From Bigelowiella natans CCMP2755 (lineage: Eukaryota; Protista; Cercozoa), in contig ADNK01003348.1 in assembly GCA_000320545.1 (NCBI GenBank), positions 1 to 64,000 on the forward strand: a stretch of 64,000 bases of DNA, read 5' to 3'. This document shows, one piece after another, positions 27,068 to 41,989 of the stretch. A model generated the notes under the pieces. It searched no databases, was not told the origin of the DNA, and worked only from the letters and a program-made list of their open reading frames with translations. The position numbers were made by a program, and so were the translations under genes. The stretch's first letter is position 1. The number at the start of each line of letters is the position of its first letter.

Positions 27068-30000
27068 CAGGTAGGGTTGGGGGGATGGGGCGTGGTACAA
27101 GCAGTGAGCTTGGGCCGCGTGCGTATGCCTGTTTTTTGTATCACAATCCAACCAAGTGAGCTTAGCCGCGGTTCATCATGTGTGTGTATAGTGTATGTTA
27201 GTTTGTGCATGTGTGTGCACGTGAGTGTGTGCGTGTGCATTGGGAACACAAGAGGGATCACATTTATTAAATTCCAGCCATCGGATAGCCATATTTATGA
27301 TACACTTCTATTCAAAAATTTTTCTTTTGGAGACATGCTAACATCCTCGGTCTCGACTTTAACCACACCTCTCAACTGCCCTCAACCTATATCTATACAC
27401 TATGAAAAGTCCCCTACGACCCTGTTAAACGGCGCGTCGTCGTACCTTCTCAGTGAAAGCTACTCAGGGAATAACAAGTATGTGACGAGCGCGGTGGCAC
27501 GGGACGGGCGGATCTTCGCCGCTCCTTATGATGCATCGAAAGTGCTGGCGATCGACCCATCACGGAACGTCTCCTACCAGCTCAGCGAGAGCTACTCAGG
27601 GGTTGTCAAATACCAGACGAGCGCGGTGGCCTCTGACGGGAGGATCTTCGCCGCTCCTAGCAGTGCACTGAACGTGTTGGTGATCGACCCATCGCGGAAC
27701 GTCTCCTACCAGCTCAGCGAGAACTACTCAGGAAATACGAAATACCGAACGAGCGCGGTGGCCCCCGACGGGCGGATCTTCGCCGCTCCTTATTCTGCAT
27801 CGAAAGTGCTAGTGATCGATCCATCACGGAACGTCTCCTACCAGCTCAACGAGAGCTACTCAGGGGATGCCAACTACAGGGCGAGCGTGGTGGCGCGGGA
27901 CGGGCGGATCTTCGCCGCTCCTAGCAGTGCACTGAACGTGCTGGTGATCGACCCATCGCGGAACGTCTCCTACCAGCTCAGCGAGGATTACGGCTCGGGG
28001 ACTTTCAAATACTGGACGAGCGCGGTGGCCTCTGACGGGCGGATCTTCGCCGCTCCTTCCAATGCTCTGAAGGTGCTGGTGATCGACCCGCTGCGGAACG
28101 TCTCCTACCTGCTCAGCGAGGATTACGGATCGGCAACTTTCAAATATTACACGAGCGCAGTGGCACCCGATGGGCGGATCTTCGCCGCTCCTGCCAATGC
28201 ACCGTACGTGCTGGTGATCGACCCATCGCGGAACGTCTCCTACCAGCTCAGCGAGAGCTACTCAGGGTTTAGCAAATACTGGACGAGCGCGGTGGCCCCG
28301 GACGGGCGGATCTTCGTCGTTCCTCATATTAACCCGAAGGTGCTGGTGATCGACCCGCTGCGGAACGTCTCCTACCAGCTCAGCGAGGATTACGGCTTCG
28401 GATCTAGCAAATACTTTGCGAGCGCAGTGGCACCAGATGGGCGGATATTCGCCGCTCCTAATTGGGCCTCAGAAGTTCTGGTGGTCTATCCTGGGTCGTA
28501 CAGATACAGAACGCAGTCGCCGACCACCATGCCAACACATGTAAGAATAGTTGTTTATGATTCGTCTTGAAGGCTTGCGTGGCGTTATATCATCGAGTTT
28601 CTTATTTTTGTTCCTATCTCGCCTTTTATTTCCTCACTTGAGATTGGAACGTATGCGTCTGTGAAATTTCCCCTGTCCCATAAAAAGTGAGATTCATGCG
28701 ACCGTGAAAACGGGGGGGAGGGGGATGAGGCGAGTGGTAAAATGATATTTCTTTCTGTGCAGTTTCTTCTCGCCATAAATAATGTAAATTATGCACATTG
28801 CAATTCGTTGTTTCTTTTTTTCGGTGTGTGTAGGCGCCATCTACTGCCCCTACCGCTGCTCCGAGCTGCAGTCCAAGCGCAAATCCTACATCAGATCCTA
28901 CGCTAATTCCTACTTTAACTCCTACTGCAAACCCTACTTTTAGCCCAAGTCTTTCTCCATCGCTCAATCCAAGCATTTTTATTAGTGCCTCTCCGAGTGC
29001 AAGCCCGAGTTGCAATCCCAGCGCAAATCCTACATTAGATCCTACATTAATTCCTACTTTAACTCCTACTTCAACTCCTACTTTTAACCCAAGTCTTTCT
29101 CCATCGCTCAATCCAAGCATTTTTATTAGTGCCTCTCCGAGTGCAAGCCCGAGTTGCAATCCCAGCGCAAATCCTACATTAGATCCTACATTAATTCCTA
29201 CTTTAACTCCTACTTCAACTCCTACTTTTAACCCAAGTCTTTCTCCATCGCTCAATCCAAGCATTTTTATTAGTGCCTCTCCGAGTGCAAGCCCGAGCTG
29301 CAATCCCAGCGCAAATCCTACATTAGATCCTACATTATTTCCTACTTTAACTCCTACTTCAACTCCCACTTTTAACCCAAGTCTTTCTCCGAGTGCGACA
29401 CCTACCAAGTCTCCATTGCACGCTCCGACCTGTGCTCCGTCTTTGAGCCCCACGCCAATGCCTTCTTCCGAGCCCTCTTCTTGCCCTTCATCTGCTCCGT
29501 CCGTTGGTATTGATACCATCACACGCTCTCTCGAGGAGTCATGTCTAAGGATTTACGGGCCAAGCACCTTCTACGTTAGAGATGGTTTGACAGTGACGTT
29601 TTCTCTCACATGTGCGTCGCTTCGTAGCAGCGCGGCAGGGCCGCGACTATTCAGCTGGAGCTACCGTTCGCTGAATCGGTCCTCCCCTTCTCTTGTGCAT
29701 GTGCAAGATCGCCAGAGTTCATGGGCTGGAGACATCTTACAGCTCGCTGAGTCAGATATAGATTCAATATTCCGAAATGATAGTGATGTTTCAGCTGATA
29801 TGGAAGTTCAGGCGTGCGTTCGCCTCAACGTTTCGAGTCTACACTCAGAAGAACTCCGAATCTGTTCGGTGACTAACATCACCGCTCAGCGCAACCTTGC
29901 CCCTACCATCGCTTTTGAGGGCTTTGGCACTTTTGTTTCGTCTGGGAGAGAAGTCGTACTAGCTGCAAGGATCAACCACCACATAAAGTCCCCCAACATG

Positions 30001-31086
30001 AGCTTATCCTTAGATGATATCGCATCCTTTTCTTACCGGTGGACTATGCGGCGGCTTACGAATAGTCAAACTGCCCGCTCAGGCGCAGATATCAATCTCA
30101 TTGACATACCTTCATCCCGGTCGATTGCCCTTAGAATCCCAAAGTACATGTTGGAACCACAAGAAAGCTACAGAATCAGTTTCGAGGCGAACATGACCAA
30201 GGTGTACGGGATGCGTCGTGGCTTAGTGTCATTCGCGGTAATAAAGGACGGAGTATTAATACTAGTTTCTAAAGCTATGTAGGCGTCAATTATGTATGTG
30301 TGTGTGTGTGTGTGCGCGTTAGTTGTACCTTTAGTGTTATACAGCGCGTGGGTATGGGAATTTGTATGAAAGCAGTCGATTCGTTCTAATTTGAAAATGT
30401 GCCATTAGGACGTGCTAAGCACAATCGCCCGTGGCTTTGTAGCAGGCATCAACGGTCTCTCTAATTTCCAGAATATTCCAGCTGATGTAGGGCTTAATTT
30501 AGATGGGAGTTCGGCGTGTTATGACCCTGAGGACGCACCCAATAGCACTTGGATATTCCAGTGGAGCTGTATCAACCAGACGGAGGCGCATCAGATATGT
30601 TCGGGCGCTCGATTGACCCGTAACGGCGCTGTCTACGCCCTTCCATCCGAACGACTAGCGCATTCAACAATTCTGAACCTCACGCTAAACTTCTCTGTGG
30701 TTTCTAACGGAGGGACGCTGCGGCGTTCCAGCCTGTTCCATACGACTTTCCATGTCATTCCGAAGGGTTCTCCGTCTCTATTTATCACAGGAAGATCCTT
30801 CATTGTCTCTCGGGGGGGGACCCTCTCCCTAACAGCGAATTTTGATGGGGGCAATAGTACCGACACTGATTCATTAACTGAATATCGCTGGGAAATGGAG
30901 AGGAACTCGTCTTCGCCATTCATCATTGATGCCAATACGGCCTCAATCGTCTTGCCAGGGTCCCAATTAGTAGACGCTGCACGGCCACAGCAGAAGGAGG
31001 TGGCTATCACTGCTATCGCGATCCAGGGTTCTGAAAGGGCTCGGTCTACGGTGTGTACATAGCATGAACTGTTAAAACACAGACAG

Positions 31087-31123
<37 letters not shown>

Positions 31124-31133
31124 ACCCATATTA

Positions 31134-31180
<47 letters not shown>

Positions 31181-31530
31181 CATATATATAACTTGATATA
31201 TTGGAATATTACCATTTGACCATGGCTACTGAATATGATTCACTTCTACTGAACACTTTACATCTCTTTATGGGACATATCTAAGTGTGACTCCGATGAT
31301 GTCTCATTGTTACAGGTCACGGTCAGGATTATCGATGTTCTCGAAATCGGATCAATTCGAATTAGCCCCCTAGAGGGAGTTGCTTACACGTCTGAATTCA
31401 AAGCATCGGCTTCTGTGATCATCTTAGATTTGGACTACGCACCGACGCTTACGTCTTTCTCATTCTACTCTCAAAATAGCAGCCAGTCTAACCCGAAAGT
31501 TCTATGTACGTTTTCTTTGTCCCAAGGTCT

Positions 31531-31581
<51 letters not shown>

Positions 31582-32222
31582 CCGCGCTTTCGTGCTATCT
31601 CGCTTTCTTGTCTTTTTACACCCCCCCTTCTGATTTTCATACATCCAAACATGAGAAAAGGCTCTAAGTGAGAATATTCTCTTTCTACTTTCCCTCACTC
31701 TTTGTCCCCCCCTCCCCCATTCTCCCCCCCCTCCCTCGTTTTCTACACTTGTAGAGTGTACATTCTCTTTACCGGCGGGAAACCATAGTATTGTTGTCAA
31801 AGTCAAAGACAGCATAGGCGGCGTTTCGGAGGCGATATTTGGCCCTATCCAAGTTCATGCTGCAGCATTTCCAGTTTCCGATACGCAGAGCGCAGAATGC
31901 GTCCAAGCATCCCAGGCAGTGTCCACCCTCCGCAAGATGACCGAGGGCAGTTTTCCATCCATTCGTGATGATAGCCTAGTTACCGGAGACAGGCCAGCGT
32001 CGGTGTGTAGGAGCCTCAATCTGACGCTCAATGTACTTAACAGCCTCGAAGAGATAAGCGGCGTGTTGAATCTCGCTCGGATGGCTTTGGAGATTATAGA
32101 TTCCATTCCGGTTGACCACACTCTGCTTTCGCAATGTGTGGACTATGCCGGAGCATTGGGATCGAATACAGCAACATCTGGAGGATCAAAAGGGTAATAA
32201 CTTCAATTGCAATCTGATATAA

Positions 32223-32264
<42 letters not shown>

Positions 32265-32750
32265 TTAAATGTATTTGTAGTGTGTACGGCTCTGACACGT
32301 GAAATAAAATCTGAATAATCTGAACGGCCTTTTGTCTTTCGGGCTCTTTCTGATGAAAATCTGAGACGAATTCATCATTCCGCCTCAACTCTGACAAAGT
32401 TGATCTTTTCTGTTACATAGGTGCTCTAGCGATGCGCCCTTGTCTTTGCTTTCATCAGATCTATGGGACATCGTAAGCAGCTATGTGGAGAGACTTGCAT
32501 TGGTTACTGACATTGCAGCAGGAGAAGAGAGTCTCATGGTGGCTCAAGTTATCAGGGAATCGGTTGAAACTCAATCCTTTAAAGGTAGGGGATGAGAAAG
32601 ACGCAGTGGCGTCGCAACTAGCTGCATTATGCATGCGTGTAGACAAGCGAGCTCTACACAATTTCTCTCTGTCTTTCAGATACATAGCTGTTTTTTGTAT
32701 GGCGGCACCCACCTATCCACCTACCCACGCACGCAGAGTAATAGAGAAAG

Positions 32751-32792
<42 letters not shown>

Positions 32793-34007
32793 ACATGCGT
32801 AAAGAAGTGGGGATAACGGATAGAATCATTTGTGTTTCAAATTCAAAATAACAAAACACTCCTTGATACAATTGAAAGATGGAGTAAAGAACATCGTCCA
32901 AGTGAAGCACGTACTCGATGCAGTAGACTCAATCACAGCCAACGCAGAACCGTCAGAACTCGCAGCGGATCTAGGCAACACGCTTGCTGATTCGTACGGA
33001 GCGATTTTAATGAAGTCCGGCTCAGCATCAAATCATCCCGCGTCATTGGAATTAACATCTTGCTCTATCGAGGACCAGTTGGTAAGTTCCATGGACTCTC
33101 TCCTTCACAAGGCGGGGAAAACTTCCCCCCCCCAGTCTAATGCCGGTGAAATTCAGTTCAGAACATCCAGTTTTAATGCGACCGCTGGTAGCATCTTTGC
33201 CGATGAAGTTAGTAGTTCCAGTGCATCTTCCGGGCTACGCGTCTCTATTTCCCCGACAACGGCGAAGTCCTCCATAAGTAGATATGAGCGACCGACGAAT
33301 ATCCTTACTCTTCTACAACTATCGGCTGAATTAATCGCCCAATGCCGACAGCGCCAGATACAGCAACAGGCGCTAGCGAATACCATCAATGCAGTGTTGG
33401 CATCTGATGTAGCCTCGGTCAACTTCTACAAATCCTCTGGCGCTCGACTGCTGTCTCGTGGTTCTAGCGACCACGGTCCGCGCGCAAACATTACCATAGC
33501 TCTTCGCTCAGAGGTCGCGACGACGGACTGCGGAGTTCGAAGAGTTTGCAGCTTTTGGGACGCCTCTCTGCGGGTATGGAGGCAAGATGGATGCGCATAC
33601 AACGGAACAGACCTGGATGGACTGCACACCTGCGCCTGCAACCACCTCACTGAGTTCGCAGTACTGGCGGACCGAAGGAGTTGTTCCCCCGAGGAGAATG
33701 AGGTCAAACTAGGGTACTGGGGGCTGGTAGGCTTGCTTCTAGTCATTGCATTAGCGGCCTTTGTACAGCTAGCCAGACTTGCCCAAACTGGTTTCAAGAA
33801 GAAGAACGTAGCCTGGACCCATTTCTTTGTCCTAGCTGTGGCTATTACCAGAGCTATCAGCGTATTGATGGTAAGTGAAAGCCGAAGAGTGATGCGCTCG
33901 CTTGTTAACAGTATCATGTACCGATATGCTGGATGATTCGATTTTTAACAGGCAAAGCATGCATTGATTCCTCCCTTCTCACTTCCTGTATCTCAGCCCC
34001 CTCCCCT

Positions 34008-34063
<56 letters not shown>

Positions 34064-34263
34064 TGTGCCTCTTTTTCTCCCCGTCCCTCCCACACGCATA
34101 CTCTCTCTACTTCTCTGTATATTGGTATATATGTATGTCTAGGTGGTTGCAGGGGAGGGGGGGGGGAGGGGGAGAGGGGTTATAGTATTTTGGGGAAAAG
34201 TTTTTATGCTTTAGAACAAAAACACTGGTCGCGTAATGCAATAATACGGGCGCATACGCACAC

Positions 34264-34307
<44 letters not shown>

Positions 34308-35477
34308 GTTGCCGAGTTGATCTCAAATTTCGAGCAGATTCGTATGCACAACGGCGTTACAGTGGCTCTACTAGCGCTGCCTTATATCTTCCATTACTAC
34401 CTTTACACCCTGATTATGTTCCAATGGGCTTGTATGGTACACAACTCACGACTTTCGAAAAACCCGTTCGAAAACTTCAAGAAGCGTTACAGGGCGACAG
34501 CCACCTCTATGGGGGGGGGGGTGGTTGTGGTCGGGGTTCTGTTTTATGCAATAAATCTCCGGCCGTGGATAATAGCAAGCGCCATCGTTGGGATTTCTTT
34601 CGCACTTATGTTTGGTTTCTTCGTATACGGAATGAGGCTTTCATCAATGGTGCTAGAGAAGCTGAATGACATGCGAAAGGCTCAGAGATTCGAGCGAATG
34701 GTTTACTGGGTTACAGGTTCTATGTTTCTCAGCTGTTGCTGCAACATAATAATGCTCGCTGGAAGGGAGATATACATATTATTCCTATTCTCTCTCTGTT
34801 CGGACGTGTCCAGCCTTACTGCAGTTCTCTACATGTTTAAAGACAACGTGAGTAAGTTAGCCGGAAATTCTGCCAAAAGTAGTTCCAGCAGAGCCACGGA
34901 GAGGAGGGGGGGTTCTCACCTCAATGGTAAGAGATCTGGCCCTCTTAACCGAGAGTCGAATCCTATGGGGCATGTTAGTAGTAGACATCGAGTACAAATG
35001 TCAATCAGCCATACGAGAAATTCCACTATGGCTTACACGAGAGGTAGGATCGTGTCGATGGACCAACAGCGAGGAAGACTCGTATCAACAGATCAGCCAC
35101 GTCAGCGTTCCTGCATGCTAAACCAATCGGGATCAGCATCAAGGTCGGCAAGTAAGGTAGGCTCAAGCATAGCATCAGATAATCAGGGATTGGAGATGTC
35201 TACTTCGTCTACTTCTAGGAAGGGATCGGAAGCGAAGCGAAGATTAACAAACATCGGCTCCAATGCTAGCATTACAAGATTTCGTATCTCTTCTCCTTCC
35301 CCCACCAGAATGCGTGGAAGGCACACGTGGCATCTTCGCAGCTCGGAAATCGCGATTCCGGAAATCGCGATTCAATCTAGTGGCGTTCCAAGTGGAAGCC
35401 GGTTGGTCAAGAAAAAGACGCCCCTTCATAAAAGTGAAGCTGAACCAGAGGAACAGTGGAAAAACTATGCTATCTAG
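26899..35477 (+). CDS. Adhesion-GPCR/polycystin-like receptor: signal peptide, 8-repeat beta-propeller, P/T/S mucin stalk, REJ-like region, GAIN/GPS, 7TM, Ser/Arg-rich tail
   Basis: N-terminal MRIAPLFLRVPSFIMLLLLPQLV. Eight 44-45 aa repeats in 27440-28492. PT stalk 28834-29505. REJ motifs LDGSSACYDPED..FQWSC (~30500-30570), ISPLEGVAYTSEF and LPAGNHSIVVKVKDSIGG. GPS CSFWD..WRQDGC..TCACNHL|TEFAVL (33547-33666). Seven hydrophobic segments across exons ~33715-33870 and 34308-34840; stop TAG ends at 35477. Confidence 0.85.
27440..28492 (+). repeat. Coding tandem repeat, 8 units of 132/135 bp (beta-propeller blades)
   Basis: Consensus SYQLSESYSGxxKYxTSAVAxDGRIFAAPxxAxxVLVIDPSRNV. An NVS glycosylation sequon spans each inter-repeat junction. 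Confidence 0.95.
28862..29395 (+). repeat. Coding tandem repeat, ~3.7 units of 144 bp (48 aa mucin-like stalk)
   Basis: AAGCATTTTTATTAGTGCC recurs at 28971, 29115 and 29259 (period 144). Translates as P-S/T-x-x tetrapeptides on the + strand. Confidence 0.9.
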
Positions 35478-36760
35478 AACTTCAGCTTTCTACACAATGA
35501 TATTCATGATTCACACAATTCTCACATGCAGCGCGTACTGCTCTCGAAAATGCGAATCAATGAATATCATGGATGCTTGAAGCACATAATAGTAGGAACA
35601 AAGGGATACTTTGATAGATATATAGCATATGCATTATGAGACGGATGTAATGAAGTAATTAAGCATCTTATTTTCAATAGCCATCCCAATGTAGTCATGC
35701 AAAGCAGCGGCTACAGCGCTTGGATTGTATCTATTTGTCTCGTCTACAATGTGTTTCATGCATTTAAAAGCATCTGCCGTATCCTGTCGTCGATGGCGTG
35801 CAGTACGTACAGCAATTCGTGCCTTTTTTCGCTTCATCTAGTCATCTTCAGTTAGTCGTTACGTCTCATCATTTCGATTCATGCATGATAGCTTTTAATT
35901 GGTTGGCCAATAGTTTTTGGCAGTGCCTCTGGATCGGAATGGGACAATGCAGCAGCATTAGAATATTCGCATCTATGCGATTCACGGGGGAGAAAGTGCT
36001 ATATCTCATTAGCGTTGCTGATGCCAATATAAGAGTCACACCTTGATCAAAATGCACTATGTTTTCACCTTGGCAGAGCAGACGGGAGCGAAACGAATGT
36101 CTTGCTTCCGCGATTCGTTCGACAGCAAAGCGAATCATCGAAAAATCACGTGGTGTGTAGGCGTTGTTCCAGGACACATGTACAAGTTCCGCATTGCTAG
36201 ATTGGAGAGACCTCTCGCCAGTTCTGGTCGAAAAGGACGACAACGTGTGAAGAACCATTGCGACGTGTTGCATTTCGAGTGAACTTCCCCTCAATAATCT
36301 CTTTGCAAAGACGATAGTGACAGGCAACGGTGCGATGACTTTTTGCAATGTCATTTGGCTTTTTGACAAGTGTTGTTCTCACAAAAGACATGTGATGCAT
36401 GTGCGCCTTCTATGATTTTCATCATGTCATGCCTTCTAGCAATATAGTTCAGCAGTAGGTCGTCAGTAGGCAAAGCTTTCAGTTGCGCATTTGCTCGTCG
36501 CAAATTTTGCTACTGATTGTAGTTGGGAAGTTAAATGTGGGGTATGCTACTAGGTCTGCTGCTGCTCTCTCACACATCGGCATAGTCGTCACAATGACGT
36601 GCGCGCACACACATGACAACCCATGCACATAATAGCTATGATTAGTACAGCGACATCATTAATTGCATATGTAATGCAATGCGATAATTATTCCTCATTA
36701 TTTAGCAGTATATGCGTATATGCATCCCCCGTCCTTGAGCAAAGCAGATGCCAGTCATTC

Positions 36761-38888
<2,128 letters not shown>

Positions 38889-39339
38889 CGCCCCGGAGCT
38901 CGAAAGAAATATCGGAGAAAAGTCTTATCTGCGACATGAAAATATCCTTGTCGCACCTTAAACATCCAATCGAATATCATCGTGATTTTCCGGTTTGTCG
39001 GGAGAGCTTTTTATTCCGGTTGGGTACTCGTCGCAGAAGGTCGACCGGCTGTGCGCGACAAATAATCCCCGGCGAGCCCGTCGAGTTTGTCGCCGCTAAT
39101 TTCCTTCATCTTCTTAGATGTATCCCGCATGGAAAAAAAACTAAAAGCAAAGGTAAGGGAACGGTGACGTAAGCTCAGCCGCCCCCTCTCCCGCGATTTA
39201 AACCGACCGTTGTACCTAACAAGGACGGGGGTTCAGAGCACTGGTGTTTGGCTGGCACAAAGAGTAGCGGAGTGCGTAATTCAACTAGGAGGAAAAGGTG
39301 TCACTCGCCACCCCCCCCCCTTCATTCCACCCCTCCCAA

Positions 39340-40713
39340 ATGGCTCCCCGTTCGCAAAAGAAGAGGGTGATATTTCTGCATCCCGACCTCGGACTTGGAG
39401 GAGCGGAAACTCTCATCGTGAAAGCGGCGCAGGCTTTGAAGGAGAAAGGGCACAATGTCACTATCTACACGTCTTACTACAACCCCGAGCGCTGTATCCA
39501 GGCGTCGAAGGAGCTCGACGTGCGCGTGGCAGGAGACTGGATTCCACGGAAGTTTCTCGGGCAATTCCATATCGTGTTCGCGCTGTTGAGGGCTTTCTGG
39601 CTGTCCCTCTTCGTGGCCTTTTGGCACAGCCCGGACGTCTGGATTACTGACCAGATTGCGGCGTACAATCTCGTCCTGTGGGCGCTCAGCTCAAAGCCGA
39701 TCGTGTTTTACTGCCACTTTCCTGACCAGCTCCTGACGCAGAGGAAGACGCTCTTGAAACGGTTATATCGATTACCTTTCGACCTCCTGGAGCAGTCTGG
39801 TACTGCGGCGGCAGATACCATACTAGTGAACTCAGCGTTTACTGCAAATGTATTTAAGGCCACGTTCCGATTCCTCGGAGGGCGACAACTCCAAATCCTT
39901 TATCCGTCCGTTAGCATTCCTACGCAGCACTCTTTGATGACGGCTGGAGCTTCAGTGGGAAAGGACCTAAAAGGGACTATCATATTCCTATCTATCAACA
40001 GGTTTGAACGCAAGAAAAACCTTGCTCTTGCAATACATGCTTTCTCCGAGTTTCTCAAACTTCTCGCTGCTGAGAGGGAGAGCAATGCCGGTTTGAAGGG
40101 CAATAAAACATCACATGAAATGGCTGATGAGAGGAAAACCGCACCGCCCGCAAAGCTCATTCTCGCAGGTGGATACGACGTAAGAGTGCAGGAAAACGTC
40201 GAGTATTTCGCTGAGTTGGAAAAGCTGGCCTATGAGGAGTATAAATTCAGTAAAAAACAGGTCGAATTTATCCGATCGTTCGAGGATGCCAAGAAAAGGG
40301 AGCTTCTGGTCAATGCATCTTGTGTGCTCTACACCCCCGAGAACGAGCATTTTGGAATTGTTCCGATTGAGGCCATGGCTCACGGCACACCGGTGATTGC
40401 GAGTGATAGCGGGGGGCCGAAGGAAAGCATTGAAAGCAATGTGACGGGATTCCTCTGTAAGCATGACTCTGTTTCTCAGTGGGCTAGGCGACTCCTTAGT
40501 TTTGCGGAGAATCAGAATGTCGCAAAGAAAATGGGGAGAGCAGGCAGGTCTAGGGTAGAGAAAATGTTCTCATTCAAGAGCTTCCAGAAACAGCTCCACG
40601 ACACAATCTTAGCTGCCAAGGCTAGAAGAGGGCTTCTTGCGCGGCTTATTCTCGGTTCAGTCTGTGTCGTTCTTGTCGGGATGCTGATACTTATGTGCTT
40701 CTCCGGAAATTAA
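39340..40713 (+). CDS. ALG2: Alpha-1,3/1,6-mannosyltransferase ALG2 (GT4), intronless
   Basis: FLHPDLGLGGAE, FYCHFPDQLL, YRLPFD, LSINRFERKKNLALAI, AGGYDVRVQENVEY, LYTPENEHFGIVPIEAM. Confidence 0.95.
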   Translation: MAPRSQKKRVIFLHPDLGLGGAETLIVKAAQALKEKGHNVTIYTSYYNPERCIQASKELDVRVAGDWIPRKFLGQFHIVFALLRAFWLSLFVAFWHSPDVWITDQIAAYNLVLWALSSKPIVFYCHFPDQLLTQRKTLLKRLYRLPFDLLEQSGTAAADTILVNSAFTANVFKATFRFLGGRQLQILYPSVSIPTQHSLMTAGASVGKDLKGTIIFLSINRFERKKNLALAIHAFSEFLKLLAAERESNAGLKGNKTSHEMADERKTAPPAKLILAGGYDVRVQENVEYFAELEKLAYEEYKFSKKQVEFIRSFEDAKKRELLVNASCVLYTPENEHFGIVPIEAMAHGTPVIASDSGGPKESIESNVTGFLCKHDSVSQWARRLLSFAENQNVAKKMGRAGRSRVEKMFSFKSFQKQLHDTILAAKARRGLLARLILGSVCVVLVGMLILMCFSGN

Positions 40714-41489
40714 CGAATTCACAGCTTAGAGTGACAAAACGTGTAGACATAGCAGACATGCGGGAATCAATCATCATTGTCGGGACTAGGTAAGTAAGTA
40801 ATATTGCGTCACGCGCTGGAGTAGATAAGCATCGTGACAGCATCGTCACCCACTGATAGCGCCAGGATAGAAAAAGATGTTGGAAATGAATTGTAATTAA
40901 ATAGTTGTTAAGTACGTATGTACGTAGGTGCAGGCTGTGTGTAAACATGAATTTGATTTGCATTTAAACGCACACGAGTCAGCAGCAGCTAGCATATTTG
41001 CCGCCGGTGCGGATGAGTCGACATCGAACATGTCTATAATACAGTCGGTGAACTAAGACAGTTAATATAAGACAAGTGTTTTCTCTAGATCCACGAGCAC
41101 AAGCATTTTGAGTGGTAACATACGAGGAACGCAGTCATCGTTTGCACGTACGTGCAGTGTGTGCACTACCTATTCAACATTAGCGTTGTAGCCGCTGCAT
41201 TGCTAGTAGATGCTACATAAGGATGACCATTGAACAAATTTAATTGATTAATTACATCCGTCTTATACTATCTATATGTCTGCAGTTGGGAGTGCAATCT
41301 CAATGCGATACTACTGAAACAACACATTCATGCATCACTTGCTTGCAAAATTGCAGCAGTGTTGGCAGCAGTGCAACGCTCGGAAATCGTAATAGGGTTG
41401 TTGCTATGCGTTGGTGGATCTTTACTGCTAGCATCCAACATTGCAGCATGCAATGTGTTATCATGAGAATGGGCAATCTCGTTTTCATC

Positions 41490-41950
41490 ACTCTGTAATC
41501 TGAATATGATTGTTATCATGTTCTTCCTGTTCGAAGGCAATACTGCCATCTTAATTTCTTTGACAAATATACTTATCTACACAACACTTTCCACCACGGC
41601 ACATCAACACGCACCGTAGCAGCATATCACTTGTGCTGAATGCTCAATCTACGTTTGGAGCAAAAAGGCATTTCGCGACAGCTTCTTTATATTTTCCTTC
41701 AGCTGCTTCTCCACGATAGCACTGACAGATATCAACACGATAACAAACAAAAATAACCTCTCATCATGCCATCATCATCGTAGGCATAGAGTTAGGCATT
41801 TGTGATAATTATGGTAGCATACGTGAGTTGCTTCGAAGCCGGCAAACCTGTCTCTTTCCGTATTATTTTCGTTATCTTTCCAAAGCGGAATGCAAAACAA
41901 AAGACGACGTAAGAAACACATGACACTTACACACACACACACACACATAC

Positions 41951-41989
<39 letters not shown>

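Noticed and set aside
27440-28492. Possible CRISPR-like repeat/spacer array
   Set aside because: Units are in-frame coding repeats of 132/135 bp with no unique spacers; eukaryotic context and no cas genes.
28626-29522. 298-aa minus-strand G/V/L-rich repeat ORF
   Set aside because: Antisense shadow of the + strand P/T/S mucin exon of the receptor.
35634-36400. Minus-strand ORF fragments (67-166 aa) after the receptor gene
   Set aside because: No recognisable motif or consistent exon chain; possibly a decayed relic, but not supportable.
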